Of a stretch of DNA of 64,000 nucleotides, positions 1 to 13,673 are shown piece by piece. This DNA comes from Malacoraja senta. Taxonomy: Eukaryota. The notes beneath the pieces were generated by a model that was given only the letters and a program-made list of their open reading frames with translations, did not search any database and was not told where the DNA came from. The position numbers and the translations under genes are program-made. Within the stretch, counting starts at the first letter, position 1, and the number at the start of each line of letters is the position of its first letter. The stretch is taken from assembly GCA_038087875.1 (NCBI GenBank), contig CM075990.1:8248001-8312000 (forward strand). Reading direction: 5' to 3'.

Positions 1-386
1 AGAATAGTCCCAGCCTACTCAACCCTCTCTCTATAGCTTACATCCTCCAGCCCTGGGAGATTGTTTGTATCTTCCATAGTGAGGAACCCGTAGCAGGTTT
101 TTTTTGCATATGAAGTCATTTATTGAAAGTTGGTGCATTTAGTTAGATAATGCTTCAGTTTTGGGCTTGGTTTTCTTAGTTGAGCACTTACCCTGGAGTT
201 ATAGCACAAGTACTTTGTGTTTTAATTGTAATTTATACCTGATGATATAATGTTCACTTTATCCATGCCCTTCATGATCTTGTACACTTCATTAAGGTCA
301 CCCTTCAGCCTTCTCTGCTCCAAAGAAAAGAGGCTGTTGAGTGAATCAAACGTACTCACTGATCTGGTACAACAGTATGTATTGAG

Positions 387-820
387 TGTTTAAGAAGGAA
401 CTGCAGATGCTGGAAAATCGAAAGTACACAAAAATGCTGGAGAAACTCAGCGGGTGCAGCAGCATCTATGGAGCGAAGGAAATAGGCAACGTTTCGGGCC
501 AAAACCCTTCTTCAGACTGATGGGGGGTGGGGAGAAGAAAGGAAAAAGGCGGAGGAGGAGCCCGAGGGCTGAGGGATGGGAGGAGACAGCCGAGGGCTGA
601 GGAAGGGGAGGAGACAGCAAGGGCTAACAGAATTGGGAGAATTCAATGTTCATGCCCCCAGGATGCAGTCTCCCCAAGCGGAATATGAGGTGCTGTTCCT
701 GCAATTTCCGGTGTTGCTCGCTCTGGCCATGGAGGAGGCCCAGGACAGAGAGGTGATACGGAATGGGAGGGGGAGTTGAAGTGCTCAGCCACCGGGAGGT
801 CAGGTTGGTTATTGCGGACT
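387..820 (-). mobile_element. Penelope-like element 3' fragment with GIY-YIG endonuclease C-terminal remnant and hammerhead-like motif
   Basis: Minus strand reads VRNNQPDLPVAEHFNSPSHS, then after a frameshift LSVLGLLHGQSEQHRKLQEQHLIFRLGRLHPGGMNIEFSQF. This is followed by a pyrimidine tract and CTGAAGAAGGGTTTTGGCCCGAAACGTT (488-515). Confidence 0.85.
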
Positions 821-1088
821 ACAGCATGTTACTTCTGCTGTACAGCACTGACTGGCAACACATGTTGGATTGCGATAATATGAATAGTCTGGTAGTAGGC
901 GGAGCTTATAATAATAAAACACTACATTGGTTAGTAAGTAACCGATCTACAGCTTTCCTTGTAAGATTAAAAAGTGAAACACATCTAAAAAGAAAGTGAT
1001 ATATATGTTTAAGTACATTACTAGGTGCTGACTGATTAATACAGTAACCAAAACGCTAATAGCGCATACAGGGAAGAGTATTTGCCAG

Positions 1089-1183
1089 GGTACACAAAAA
1101 TGCTGGAGAAACTCAGCGGGTGCAGCAGCATCTATGGAGCGAAGGAAATAGGCAACGTTTCGGGCCGAAACCCTTCTTCAGAC
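1089..1183 (-). mobile_element. Short Penelope-derived terminal fragment
   Basis: Same sequence as 424-517; flanked by the direct repeat AGTATTTGCCA. Confidence 0.85.
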
Positions 1184-1556
1184 ATGGCAAAGTATTTGCC
1201 ATGTTGTGTTCAGTTTGTGTCTCTGGTCTTTTGCAGTTTGGGCAGAGTTTGGTTCTGTTAAAATACCTTTCTAGATATGTTATCTGGCGGTCGAATATTA
1301 ATGGAATAAAATATCTAATGCTGTATCAATGATTGGTGTTTTCCTAACGTTTTTTAATCCCCAACTTGCATCATGTTTAATTTCAATGAATTAAAATTAG
1401 AGAGGTTTGGCTGAGAGGTTTGTCCCGTGTTCGCCAAGTTGAGTTATTGTCATGTGCACCAGCACCAACTCTACGCCCGCGCCACTGTTCTGCCAGATTC
1501 AAGATCTAGGAAGCAAAATACTGAAAATCTCCTGCAACAGAACTGAGAACTGAGAA

Positions 1557-1741
1557 CCTGCCTCAGAGGGCGGTGGAGGCAGGTTCTCTGGATGCTTTCA
1601 AGAGAGAGCTAGATAGGGCTCTTAAAGATAGCGGAATCAGGTGTACTGATTGGGGATGATCAGCCATGATCACATTGAATGGCGGTGCTGGCTCGAAGGG
1701 CCGAATGGCCTACTCCTGCACCTATTGTCTATTGTCTATTG
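1557..1741 (+). mobile_element. CR1/HER1-type LINE 3' end
   Basis: GATCAGCCATGATCACATTGAATGGCGGTGCTGGCTCGAAGGGCCGAATGGCCTACTCCTGCACC followed by a (CTATTGT)n tail. Confidence 0.85.
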
Positions 1742-2546
1742 AATGAGAACAGAGCTCCAGCTGCACGCATCCCAGGTGCCTGCGGTTCTGTTCCCTTGGT
1801 AAAGATTGGAGCCACGATATTTTAAAGGCAGACAAGTGGAGACTGAGTTTGATAAGCATGAACAAAGCCCGAAACATAATTGTAGCTGCTGAAATCTTTG
1901 AGTTGCATACAATGCCAGCTTGTCTTGGTGAGAAGGCTTTTAAGCCCGCAATTACAACACCAGTTCTTCAACATCTGCTGTGCAAGAAATTTATACAAAC
2001 CGTATCTATTGTCAGTGCTATTAGGAGTCGTCTCCACTGTGCTACCTCTCTTTGTTTGATCTATGTATGTTCTGACAAGCGTTTACTTTATTCTTGGTTA
2101 GCACTTAGCCTTTGCCCTTGCCCATTGAAATGGGCCGGTAAGTCAGCAGATACTTGACTTTGCACCAATCTTTTGTTTCCATAGGCTGGCATTGTGCACA
2201 AATTGCTAACATGCACTCCAATTTGCACAATGGCCTCAACGTAAGCTATGGAACTCAGTATTATTCTGCTGCAAAGAAGGAGTTTGGTGCAATCACCATG
2301 GAGCAGCAAATACAGTTAGCTAACATTCCTTCCATTATATTTTGCTATGATGAAGGGTTTTATTTAATAAGAGTTTTTGCTTGCAACAAAAGGTGGGGAA
2401 TGCATTTCACATCTTGTAACATGACTACACCTGAACAACTCCCTGGGCACTAAACTAATACTGGTACTGTGGTGCACAGTACTGTGTTTACATATTCTGT
2501 TGTGCTGCTGCAAGTAAGAATTTCATTGTTCCATCTGGGACACACC

Positions 2547-2762
2547 TTTGCCCAGAAGGCCTGTGGAGGCCGAATCAATGGATATTTTTAAGGCAGAGAT
2601 GGATAGATTCTTGATTAGTACGAGTGTCAGAGGTTATGGGGAAAAGGCAGGAGAATGAGGTTGGGAGGGAGAGATAGATCAGCCATGATTGAATGGCGAA
2701 GTAGACTTGATGGGCCGAATGGCCTAATTCTGCTATGACCTTATGAACCTATGACTTATGAC
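2547..2762 (+). mobile_element. CR1/HER1-type LINE 3' end nested in another repeat tail
   Basis: VEAESMDIFKAEMDRFLISTSVRGYGEKAGE* followed by the conserved 3' UTR. It interrupts a GCTGCAAGTAAGAATTTCATTGTT...ATATGACAATAAAACAC tail, seen uninterrupted at about 24475-24540. Confidence 0.85.
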
Positions 2763-3036
2763 ATATGACAATAAAAACACTGTTGACTCTTGGTGCCAGG
2801 CAACGAGTTGTCATCTTGAGAATGGTGGGATAAGTGCAGTGACGTCGGGCATTGTGGCACCTAATCTGGAACCACAGGTTTGTGCAATGATGTTGCAGCG
2901 AGTGCAGCAACTGTCCCAACCCATGCCTCCTACCTGAGTTCCAGCAAGGTTATTATCAACTCTGGAAACTTTGTCTCCTAACCCTCCGAACCACCGTTCC
3001 CACAAATAATGTCCAGCTTTGTCTTCTGCTCACTTT

Positions 3037-3398
3037 TCATAGGGTCATGAGGAGTAGGAGCAGAATTAGACCATTCGGCCCATCAACTCTGTCATTCAAT
3101 CATGGCTGATCTATCTCTCCTTCCCAACCCCATTCTCCTGCCTTCTCCCCATAACCTCTGACACCTGTACTAACCAAGAATCTATCTATCTCTGCCTTGA
3201 AAATATCCACTGACTTGCCCTCCACAACCTTCTGTGGCAAAGAATTCCACAGATTCACCACCCTCTGACTAAGAAATTTCTCCTCATCTCCTTCCTAAAA
3301 TAACTTAAATTTTGAGGATATGACGTCTAGTCCTAGACTCTCCCACTGGTGGAAACATCCTCTCCACATCCACTCTATCCAAGCCTTTCAGTATTCTG
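3037..3398 (-). mobile_element. CR1/HER1-type LINE 3' end
   Basis: Minus strand ILKGLDRVDVERMFPPVGESRTRRHILKI; homologous to 63170-63600. Confidence 0.9.
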
Positions 3399-4507
3399 AC
3401 TTGATGGGAGCGTGGGGAGAATGAAAAAATATTTACGATTCGTGTAAATGGGTGCCTAATGGCCAGCGCGGACTCAGTGAGCCAAAGGGCCTGCTTCAAT
3501 GCTAGTTTGTGCGCTAAATTGCGAGGAATTAAGGAGCTTGCGAGAGTGCAGGAGGGAACTGAAAAGTTTGCAGGTGAGACTGGGAATTTGCAGGAGGGCA
3601 TCTGCCTGAATCGGAATCATTGGAATTAATTTGAAAGCCCTGTTTGGTTGTTACAAGGAAGCAAGTCCCCGGTGAGTGCATGAATAACCTGGCATGATGC
3701 AGAAAGAGCTACCTTGACAGCACTACCCACAGCATATGGAGCGAATAAAAAGAAAAAGAAAATAACAATCCTCTCCATACTTAAGTCACAGCTTCGGGCA
3801 AGAATACTGCAAATATTCAAAGCAGCACCAAGCCACAATCACCAAAGGGAATTTGTGATCTATTGAGATTCTAATGAGGGTGCAGGAAACGAGCACCTCT
3901 TTCTAGCCGCTGTGGAGCGAGACTTGCATTATGACAAATACCCCATTCACTGGAGATTTTTAAATAAATCAACGTCCCCTGGGGATACCTTTCCATATCA
4001 TTAGCCACTGACATTATCCAAGAACTCGCGTCTTGATAATATTTCTGGGGGAATAGCTCCCACATGAAACTGGTGATTGGGCAATATTGAGAGTAGAATT
4101 TAATGGAAATGGAGTGTTTCCAATTATTTTGACACCTTTCAATATGATGTAAGACCATCTTTCCAGTCACACTGCCAGATCTGATTTGCGACGTTGATAG
4201 TTCTCTGTCAGGAATGACAGATTAAAACGAAAATAGCCCGAGGCATTATTACTCCGACCATCAGGTTAATGAAGATTCGGTGGCTGTGTTGGGTTGGGCC
4301 CTGAGCAACAATCAGTGAAGTCTTGCACTGTACCCGTGGCTCCCTAGTCTTGCGGCTTTTAAGGTTTATTTATTCATGTTGACTATTTATTATTCCTTGC
4401 TAAATGATGGCACTTAAATCCACCTCTGATAAGCCACAAAAAACGGAGAACTATTCTGTTCAAAAGAATCAGCAACATCAATAACTTTGTAGAATGTATG
4501 GCTGGCA

Positions 4508-4700
4508 CATAGTGCAGTTAGTGGAGCTACTGCCTGATCGTAGTGACCCTGGCTCAGTCCTGACCTTGGGGCTGCCTGTCTGTGTGGAATGGAGTTTGCT
4601 TCTACCCGTAACCATGTGGGTTTTCCTTTGGGCCTTCCAATTGACCAAAGCTGTGTGAGTTGGCATTGCGCCAGTGTGCAGATGAGTGTTAGCATCCGAT
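4508..4700 (+). mobile_element. Degenerate HE1-like V-SINE
   Basis: Diverged tRNA-like head and V-domain (GCTGCCTGTCTGTGTGGAATGGAGTTTGC...CCATGTGGGTTTTCC). Confidence 0.65.
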
Positions 4701-4768
4701 GCTAGTCAATGAGAATAGAGGGAGAATACAATTGATTAGGGTAGGACCAATGTAAAACAAATACTGAT

Positions 4769-4881
4769 GTGCAGGAAGGAATTGCAGATGCTGGTTTACA
4801 CCGAAGATAGACATAAAATGTCGGAGTTAATCAGCGGGTCAGGCAGCATTTCTGGAGAAAATGAATTGGATCGAGACCCTT
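4769..4881 (-). mobile_element. Penelope-derived terminal fragment
   Basis: GGAAGGAATTGCAGATGCTGGTTTACACCGAAGATAGACA... family motif. Confidence 0.75.
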
Positions 4882-6340
4882 GATGCTTTATTTTGGCCTG
4901 GATTCATTGGCTGAATTGCTGTTTCCACGCTGTATCTTTCTCTGTCTCTTGAGTATCACTGATTGTGCTCTAAACAGTTCTTTGTTATTCGACTGCAATG
5001 CAGATCAATGTGAGAACCTTCCTGACTACCGTCTTCAGTGGATCAATGTCCAATTGTAGATCGTGCCTTTCTGTGGGCTTTGCGGCTTTAAAAAGGTGCA
5101 CATGTTGTTAATCACAATTAATTTGAACAAGGAACCTTGCCAATGACAATTGAGTGCAGTCCTGAGAATCTGCTTGTGCTGTTTAAGTTTTCACTGTATC
5201 CAGTCTTCATGGGAATGGAGCCAAAAATTCTCGAGTTCAATTCTTTACTTTAGCTCCATGGAATCAAATTAATCACTGTCTCTAATCTCGGAATTAATCG
5301 GCAAGCACAACTAATTAAATAACAATCCTCATAATTGCATTAAGAACCAACTTAAAATCTTAGTCATTATTCGGACTTAACAGCTAGTTTTGAAGAAGAC
5401 TGTATTTTACAAATGGTTACGTCTCATGTGAAGTAATCAATTGTAACATTATGCATTGGTGTCCATCCACAATATTGTATCTCAGACTCAGTATATCAGG
5501 AAAAACCCAGCAGTTGGCCGCAGGTATCCAGCTTGTTGCCAGTATAGGATGGTCATTCTGTGAGCTCTTTAGAGCTACACACTGACACTGCCAGCAAACC
5601 TTGCTGCATTCACTGGGCCAAGTTGTTTGGAAGGGAATCCGTGTTTACAGACAGCATACAGGGTTAAAGGCCAATCATTATAACTGCATGTCTGGGCCTG
5701 AATGTGTTTGCTGGAAAGAGGAGCCCATGTGAAGTTTGTGTGTGTGTGAGAGACAGATCTGGATAAATACTGAAGGTTTAAAGTGTTTTTGTTAAGCATT
5801 TGTATTACAAGGGAGATTGCCCTTCAACAGATTCTTGAGTAAAGAGCAAACTGCTGGAAGAACTTAGATCACTGAGTAAAGAGCAAACTGCTGGAAGAGC
5901 TCAGTAGATCAGCCAGCATCTGTGGTAGGAAATAAACAGACAACATTTTGGATCAGGTTCCTTGAGACTTAGAAGATCTTTCTTATGCTTTAAAAACGTT
6001 GAGGATGGTAAAGCAATGATCGTCAGTATGGAAATGCAATGATGGCTTTCTTTCATGTGTGGTCAGTTCTGAATCTCCATCTAAGTCAAATTTGTTTGGA
6101 CAGTGGAATAAGGTAGCAGTGTTAACGATGACCACAAAAATATCCATCTGTTTCACTAATTCCCACAAAGGGGGGATGTGCTGTCCTTAATTGCTCCGGC
6201 CTGTATCACTGACTATTTGGGCTCCATATGCCTGGTCTTGGAGTGAATGATGTACTGAGCTATCGTGATTTGAAGACGCTCAGCCTCAAATGGTGTATCT
6301 GTTTCACTAGTTTACTTCAGGCAGCATTGTACTGTCCTTG

Positions 6341-6436
6341 AAATAGACACAAAGTGATGGAGGAACTCAGTGGGTCAGGCAGCATCTCTGGGCAAAACAG
6401 ATGGGTGATGTTTCGGGTAGGGACCCTTCTTTAGAT
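6341..6436 (-). mobile_element. Penelope-derived terminal fragment
   Basis: Family motif with a degenerate hammerhead core; flanked by the direct repeat CTGTCCTT. Confidence 0.75.
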
Positions 6437-6924
6437 TCGTGCTGTCCTTACCTGGTCTAGTCTCCACGATGCACTGTTTGGGCTCTCTCAGTGTGGCCTG
6501 GGAAGAATGAAAAATTTATGATATTACCTTTTACCTTTTGAAGGAATTCTCCATCAAATCTGTGCTGGTTTTCGGTTAAACAACCAACAAGAACTTGCAT
6601 CCAATCTTCCTTTTCGTATTCATCAAGTTGCTGGAATGCTGCTGGAAGGAAAGTTATCCCATCCCAAAAAGTTTGAAAATGATTGTCCTGTACTTCCTGA
6701 TAGCTCTTGTCAATATCACCGTTCTCCCACATCCTCTCATCTCCTGAGGTTGATTGGCAAAATAAACATTTATCAAACACGAGGTCAGCAAATCTGTCTA
6801 AGTGACTCTCCGTACACACAGATCAGGAGAGGTTGCATTCATTTGTCAAACCTCTCCCTCTCTTGGGATGTTCTTCACTGGCAAGCTTTGCTTTAGGAAT
6901 ACTTTTACAGTGTTGGCAGCCTTT

Positions 6925-7225
6925 AAACTTTTAGACTTTAGAGATACAGCACGGAAATAGGCCCTTTGGCCGACCGAGTCCGTGCCGACTAGCGATCACC
7001 CCGTACACTAGCACTATCCTACACACTCGGGACAATTTACAATTTACAGAAGCCAATTAACCTACAAATCTGTATACCTTTGGAGTGTGGGAGGAAACCG
7101 AAGCACCCAGAGAAAACTCATGCAGTCACGGGAAGAACGTACTAACTGTACAGACAGCACCCATTGTCGGGATCTAAGCTGGGTCTCTGGCGCTGTAAGG
7201 CAGCAACTCTGCTGCTGTGCAGCCC
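6925..7225 (-). mobile_element. HE1-like tRNA-derived V-SINE
   Basis: Reverse complement of the SINE at 13363-13673. Confidence 0.9.
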
Positions 7226-7401
7226 CTGTGCAACATCACACAATGCTCCTCTGGTTGTCAACCCGTGGTCTATCCCATTGTTGGTGAGAGCAGTGAGGTT
7301 AAGGTAGACATTGAACTGGAACTGTGGTGTGAGTGGCAAGGCAGCAAGGTATAGGGATTAACATTCTCCATACAATAGATGAGTGATATGGATAAGAGCA
7401 T

Positions 7402-7690
7402 AAGATAGACAAAAGTGCTGGAGAAACTCAGCGGGCACGGCAGCATCTATGGAGCGAAGGAAATAGGCAACGTTTCGGGCCGAAACCCTTCTTCAGACTG
7501 ATGTAGGGTGGGGGGGGGGGGGGGGGGGAAGAAAGAAGAAAGGAAGAGGAGGAGCCAGAGTGCTGAGGGAGAGCTGAAAAGGGGAGGAGACAGCAAGGGC
7601 TACCGGAAATTGGAGGTCAATGTTCATGCCGCTAGGGTGCAGACTGCCCATGCGGAATATGAGGTGCTGCTCCTCCAATTTCCGGTGGTG
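7402..7690 (-). mobile_element. Penelope-like element 3' fragment
   Basis: Minus strand EEQHLIFRMGSLHPSGMNID (GIY-YIG C-terminus); hammerhead-like core at 7469-7496. Confidence 0.85.
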
Positions 7691-8896
7691 CTAGCATGAT
7701 TGAATCAGCCCACAGGTTTCAGGAAAGGCTGTATTTATGTATAAAACCTTCCCTGACTCTTCCCTTGGGATTTCTTCCCCAGTTCTCACAGCGAAGAAAC
7801 ATTGCAGAAACACAGTCACTATGTCGACAGCTAAGGAGACATTTTTCTCAGCAAAACACGGCAAGCAGCAAATGGGAACAGTGATCAATTCCCCTGTTTT
7901 TTTTCTGGGAGCGTAATTCTGTTGATTAATGCTGTCCGTGTCACCAGCAGCTTCATAGCCTGAAGAGAATGAAGATGCGAGACACAGTAATGTCCAGGCA
8001 GGGCGACACCTTTGGGGTGTTCGATAACATGGAGCAGAATGAACCTCCAACGATAAAAGGGAGGTTATGTCTGAGCCAGCTCCGAACCTGAGAAATCACC
8101 CACTCCAAGCCTGGAGTTGTAAAGCAAGAGCGAATCGATTTATTTCCAAGACTTCATTAAAATTGCAGCAGAGAAATTTTTACATGAACATAGCCAACAT
8201 TCTCCCACTCTTGCAGGCAACATTAATTCCAAGCTCGTGTCTCAAGGTGAGTAGTTATAGATTAGTATGGAGTACCGAGATTAGTTCTTTGCTACATCAC
8301 CTTAACACAAGTATTTGCCTCCCAGGCCAGTTTAATTCAGTTAAAGATAAGATGTACTTGAATCATTTATCAGAGGACAAGCTTGAGAGGGATGAATTTA
8401 AGGGCACAAAACATTCATAATTGTACATCTAATAGCTGCTTAGGGACTTTATAATAAGATACATTAGAGAAAGATATGGCAGAGGAGGCAGCCATTCAAC
8501 CCTGTATACCTACTGTGACTCTTTTTAGTCCCAATTAGTCATGCTTTCTGCTCTTTACTCGTTGCTTTACAATAATATTTCTTTCATAGATATATCTTAT
8601 TTTCCTCATGGAAGTTATTAAATCTGTGCCTATTGTCCTTGCGGGCAGAATGTTCTATGTCATATCGACATTACTTCTCTGTGGCATTTTTCCCCAATTA
8701 TTTGAAATCTGCGCCCTTTGGTTTCTGCGGTGAAAGCAGTTTCTCCTGATCTGCACTCATAATTTTGATCTCCTGATCTCATAATTTTGTAAAGTTCCTT
8801 GGAATCTCCCTTTCGCCTTTTAGCTGCAAGGCGAGCTTTGCCACGCTCTCCACCTGACTGCAGTTCCTCACTCCCAATAGTGCTCTAATCAAATGG

Positions 8897-9450
8897 TGAC
8901 ACAAAATGCTGGAGTAACCTAGCGGGTCAGGCAGCATCTCTGGAGAAATGAAATAGGTGACGTTTTGGGACGAGACCCTTCTTCCCACTGAAAGTCGGCG
9001 GAGATGGAAATTTGAGATATGAAGAGGTACAAAGAGCAAATGAATGAATGGTGTGTGAGGAAGGACAGATCAAGCCAGCAATGATGATCAACGAAAGTTG
9101 GAGCCCACAATGGTCCATTGTTGGCTGTGGAGAAGGTGATAAGGAGTGAAACTAACAAGTGAAACAGTGAAACCAAGCAGGATGACAGTGAAACTAGTAT
9201 GACGCCTGGGATGGGTGAGGGACGGAGAGGGAGGGAATGCAATGGGTTACTTGAAGTTAGAGAAATCAATAATCATACCGCTGGGGTGTAAGCTGCCCAA
9301 GTAAAATATGTGGTGCTGTTCCTCCAATTTGACCTGACTTTGACAGTGGAGAAAGACCAGGACAGAAAGGTCAGAGTGGGAATGGGAAGGGGAGTTAAAG
9401 TGTTTGGCAACCGGGAGAACGCATAGGCCACGATGGACTGGGCGAACATG
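8897..9450 (-). mobile_element. Older Penelope-like element 3' fragment
   Basis: Minus strand KLEEQHHIFYLGSLHPSGM remnant plus the terminal family motif. Confidence 0.8.
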
Positions 9451-9605
9451 TCAACAAAGTTTCTAATCATTATAGGCAAAGGTTTGACATTGGTTCTAGA
9501 GTGATTAAAGAGAAGAACTTACTCAAAAAATATATATATATGACTGGGACTAAACTTATTCTATAATAGTATCAGTGCAAGGCATTGAACAGTGCATCTG
9601 TTAGT

Positions 9606-9897
9606 AACATAGAAAATAGGTGCAGGAGGAGGCCATATGGCCCTTCGAGCCAGCATCGCCATTCATTGTGATCATGGCTGATCGTCCCCAATCAATAACC
9701 TGTGCCTGCCTTCTCCCCATATCCCTTGATTCCACTAGCCCCTAGAGCTCTATCTAAAACTCTCTTAAATCCATCCAGTGACTTGGCCTCCACTGCCCTC
9801 TGTGGCAGGGAATTCCACAAATTCACAACTCTCTGGGTGAAAACGTTTTTTCTCACCTCAGTCTTAAATGGCCTCCCCTTTATTCTAAGACCGTGGC
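9606..9897 (-). mobile_element. CR1/HER1-type LINE 3' end
   Basis: Minus strand FFTQRVVNLWNSLPQRAVEAKSLDGFKR plus the conserved 3' UTR. Confidence 0.9.
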
Positions 9898-10599
9898 CCA
9901 GTTTTCAGCACAGTTCCTTGGTAATGGGGGAGTGTGTTGATAGAGGGAGAGGGCGATGTAATTGGGATAGTATATTGGTAATTAGAAGAGCGTGTTGATA
10001 CTACATGAGTCTATTGCTAATTGAAAGCGTGTGGTGGTAATCGGGAGGATGTGCACATAATACAGCTGTGCATTGCTTGATATTCCGGGACTGTGCGTTC
10101 TCTTGGCTCATCCAGAAGTACGATATTCAAATCATGAGACCCTCATAGCTGATCAAGTTACTGCAGAGTTCCCAACTCAAAGATTGGGACATTTTTGTGA
10201 ACCCTGGCAATGAGCTAACATTGATCTTTAAATAAACAGAGACAGTTTCTTCCCACTTGTTATCAGGCAACTGAACCATCCTACCAACAACTAGAGAGCA
10301 GTCCTGAACTACTTTGGAGACCCTTGGATTATCTTTGATCGGACTTTACTGGCTTTATCTTACACTAAACGTTATTCCCTTTATCATGTATCTGGAGGAA
10401 ATCCACGTGGTCACAAGGGGAATGTGCAAACCACACACACGCGCGCACATGCACACACTGCACACACACTCACTGCACACCAAGGTTGATTTACAGAGGC
10501 AATTTAACTGACAAATCCACACGTCTTTGGGAAGCGGGAGGAAACTGGAGCACCTGGAGGAATCCCACGTGGTCACAGGGGGAATGTGCAAATGATTCG

Positions 10600-10643
10600 C
10601 ACACACACACGCACGCACGCACGCACGCACGCACACACACATA

Positions 10644-10710
<67 letters not shown>

Positions 10711-10771
10711 ACACACACACGTACACACACACGTACACACACACGTACACACACACACGCACACACACACA

Positions 10772-10838
<67 letters not shown>
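10600..10838. repeat. Compound (CA)n microsatellite with (CACG)n and (CGTACACACA)n variants
   Basis: Directly visible. Confidence 0.97.
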
Positions 10839-10840
<2 letters not shown>

Positions 10841-10859
10841 CCTTGCACTCATTCCCTCC

Positions 10860-11375
<516 letters not shown>

Positions 11376-11607
11376 TATCTACCAGCTGCGCCACACTATG
11401 GTGCGATGTTAATATAGAATTAGAAACAGTATCTACTCAGAAGCAAGATCACAGCAATCTGCATCCTTGTGATTTTCTACAAAATAATGAACTGAGCATC
11501 TTTACCAGGCACATCTCCAAGGCTCAACACCTATTCCCTGGCCTATCTCTCCTTCATTTTAAAATAGAAATGCAAAATCAGAAATGCAAAGGCTTAGTAC
11601 AAGAATA

Positions 11608-12232
11608 ATTTAGTTTAGTTTATTGTCACATGTACTGAGGTACCGTGAATAGTTTTTTTGGTGCGTGCTTTCCAGTCAGCGGAAAGATTATACATGATTA
11701 CAATCAAGCCATCCACTGTGTATAGATACAGGATCAAGGGAATAATCTTTTGTGCAAGATAAAGTCTGACTAAAGGTAGTCTGAGGGTCTCCAATGAGGT
11801 AGCTGGTAGGTTAGGACCACTCTCTAGTTGGTGAGAGAATGGTTCAGTTGCCTGATAACAGCCGGGAAGAAACTGTTGGATGGAACAGCAAGTGTTGGTT
11901 TAAACTGAAGAAAGACACAAAAAGCTGGAGTAACTCTAGCTTTTTGTGTCTATCTTGGGAAGAAACTGTCCCTGAATCTGGAGGTGTGCGTTTTCACACT
12001 TCTTTACCTCTTGCCTGATGGGAGAGGGGCGACGAGGGAGTGTCTGGGGGCAAGATTGGTCCTTGATTGTGCTGGTGGTCTCGTTGAGGCAGTGTGAAGT
12101 GTAGATAGAGTCAATGGAAGGGGGGGGTTGGTTTGTGTGATGGTCTGGGCTGTGTGCACAATTCTCTGCAATGTCTTGCCATCTCGGGTGGAGATGTTCC
12201 CAAACCAGGCTGTGATGGACCCCAAATAAAAT
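11608..12232 (-). mobile_element. Rex1/Babar-type LINE 3' fragment with a small nested Penelope-derived piece
   Basis: Minus strand SITAWFGNISTRDGKTLQRIVHTAQTITQTN...HSLVAPLPSGKR, typical of Rex1/Babar ORF C-termini, ending in a (CTAAA)n tail. The nested insert is flanked by GGGAAGAAACTGT repeats. Confidence 0.75.
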
Positions 12233-12942
12233 GCTTTCTGGGGCACATCTGTGGGACTTGGTGAGAGTTTTAAAGGAGAGACCATTCTCGCTATAAAAAC
12301 TGATTTGATTAACACTGAAATTATGCAGCAGCAGCCAGTGGATGAGAGAGTAACGCTACCAAGCTTTCCGGTCATGTTCATTGTGTTCCAGCTTATTTCT
12401 GCTTTAGGATATATTAACAGAGAAGGATGGAGATTTGGGGGGACAGTGTTCAGACAGACCATCCTTGCTCATCATTTGAAGCACAGTCTACAGGAGCTAC
12501 GAGGGGGGAGAACATTGTCTTTAGTCGCTCCTGCTAATTGTGTGTGAGAGCATTAGCCCTCCAGCTCACATCAGCTGAATGGATTGTGCAGGGGCCAGGA
12601 CAGGCGGTAACCGTTACTCCCTCTTTCATTTAGCACTGAGCACCGAAGATGAATTATTTTCTTGCTGGGCTGGTGCGGATGATCCAGTGACCTGCCTGAC
12701 TCTGCTGTTTCCGGGGAGCGGAGCTATTGCTGTGCTCGTGACCATTATTACAAAGACCTTTTGGAGAAAATAAACATGCAATTCCACCACCTTGCACCTT
12801 ATCGCATCTTGTCACGGGATATTTTCTACCATGCTTTGGAGATTTCTGTCAACGAGGCTGAAAGGAAGCTCATATTTATATGTTACAATTCTGTGCAAAA
12901 GGAATGCTGTGGAGCGTGAACTGAAGGTTTATGCTCATGCAT

Positions 12943-13065
12943 GTTTAAGAAATTACTGCAGATGCTGGAAAAATAGAAGATAGACAAAAACGCTGGAGAA
13001 ACTCAGCGGGTGAGGCAGCATCTACGGAGCGAAGGAATAAATAGCATCTATGGAGCGAAGGAATA
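12943..13065 (-). mobile_element. Penelope-derived terminal fragment with internal duplication
   Basis: Flanked by 16-bp direct repeats GGTTTAT(G/A)CTCATGCA. Confidence 0.8.
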
Positions 13066-13362
13066 GGTTTATACTCATGCAAGCTGATTGCCTGAAACAC
13101 CGAATCTCATCCGCAGCAACCTGCATTTACATAGCGCCTTTAACAGTGGAAGGCTCAGCAGTGGTACGATCGGGTAAAGCTTGACTGACTTGCGCAGGGA
13201 GGTTTTAAGATAACCAGAGGTTTGGTGGAAATAGATTGTGTTAGACGCACTGTAAAAGGTCAGGCTGTACCTGTGGAGAAAAAGAGATCTTAACATTTCA
13301 GTTTAATTACTTTTCATCAGAACACAGTGCTGGAGGAACTCAGTGAGGCGGGTCATTAGGGT

Positions 13363-13673
13363 GCCAGGGTGGCACAGCGGTAGAGTTGCTGCCTTACTGC
13401 GCCAGAGACCCGGGTTCGATCCCATCTACGGGTGCTGTCTGTAAGGAGTATGTACGTTCTCCCCGTGATCTGCGTGGGTTTTTCTCTGGGATCTTAGGTT
13501 TCCTCCCACACCCCAAAGACGTACAGGTTTGTAGGTTAATTGGCTTGGTAAATGTAAAAAATTGTCCCTAGTGGGTGTAGGATAGTGTTAATGTGCGGGG
13601 ATCGCTGGTCGGCGCGGACCCGGTGGGCCGAAGGGCCTATATCCGCGCTGTATCTCTAAACTAAACTAAACTA
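13363..13673 (+). mobile_element. HE1-like tRNA-derived V-SINE, full length
   Basis: A box TGGCACAGCGG, B box GGTTCGATCCC, V-domain (GTTCTCCCCGTGATCTGCGTGGGTTT...TTCCTCCCACA), CR1-like 3' end GGGCCGAAGGGCCT and (CTAAA)n tail. Confidence 0.92.

Noticed and set aside
5837..5898. 26-bp direct repeat TGAGTAAAGAGCAAACTGCTGGAAGA
   Set aside because: A simple duplication at the edge of a decayed Penelope-derived fragment; no evidence of function.
6457..6819. 120-aa acidic minus-strand ORF with a possible AAG|GTAAAA donor
   Set aside because: No recognisable domain, no ATG at the called start and no clear acceptor. It may be decayed retroelement or chance; needs BLASTX.
13363..13430. tRNA genes
   Set aside because: The tRNA-like heads with A/B boxes run straight into SINE bodies and have no proper acceptor stem or terminator.
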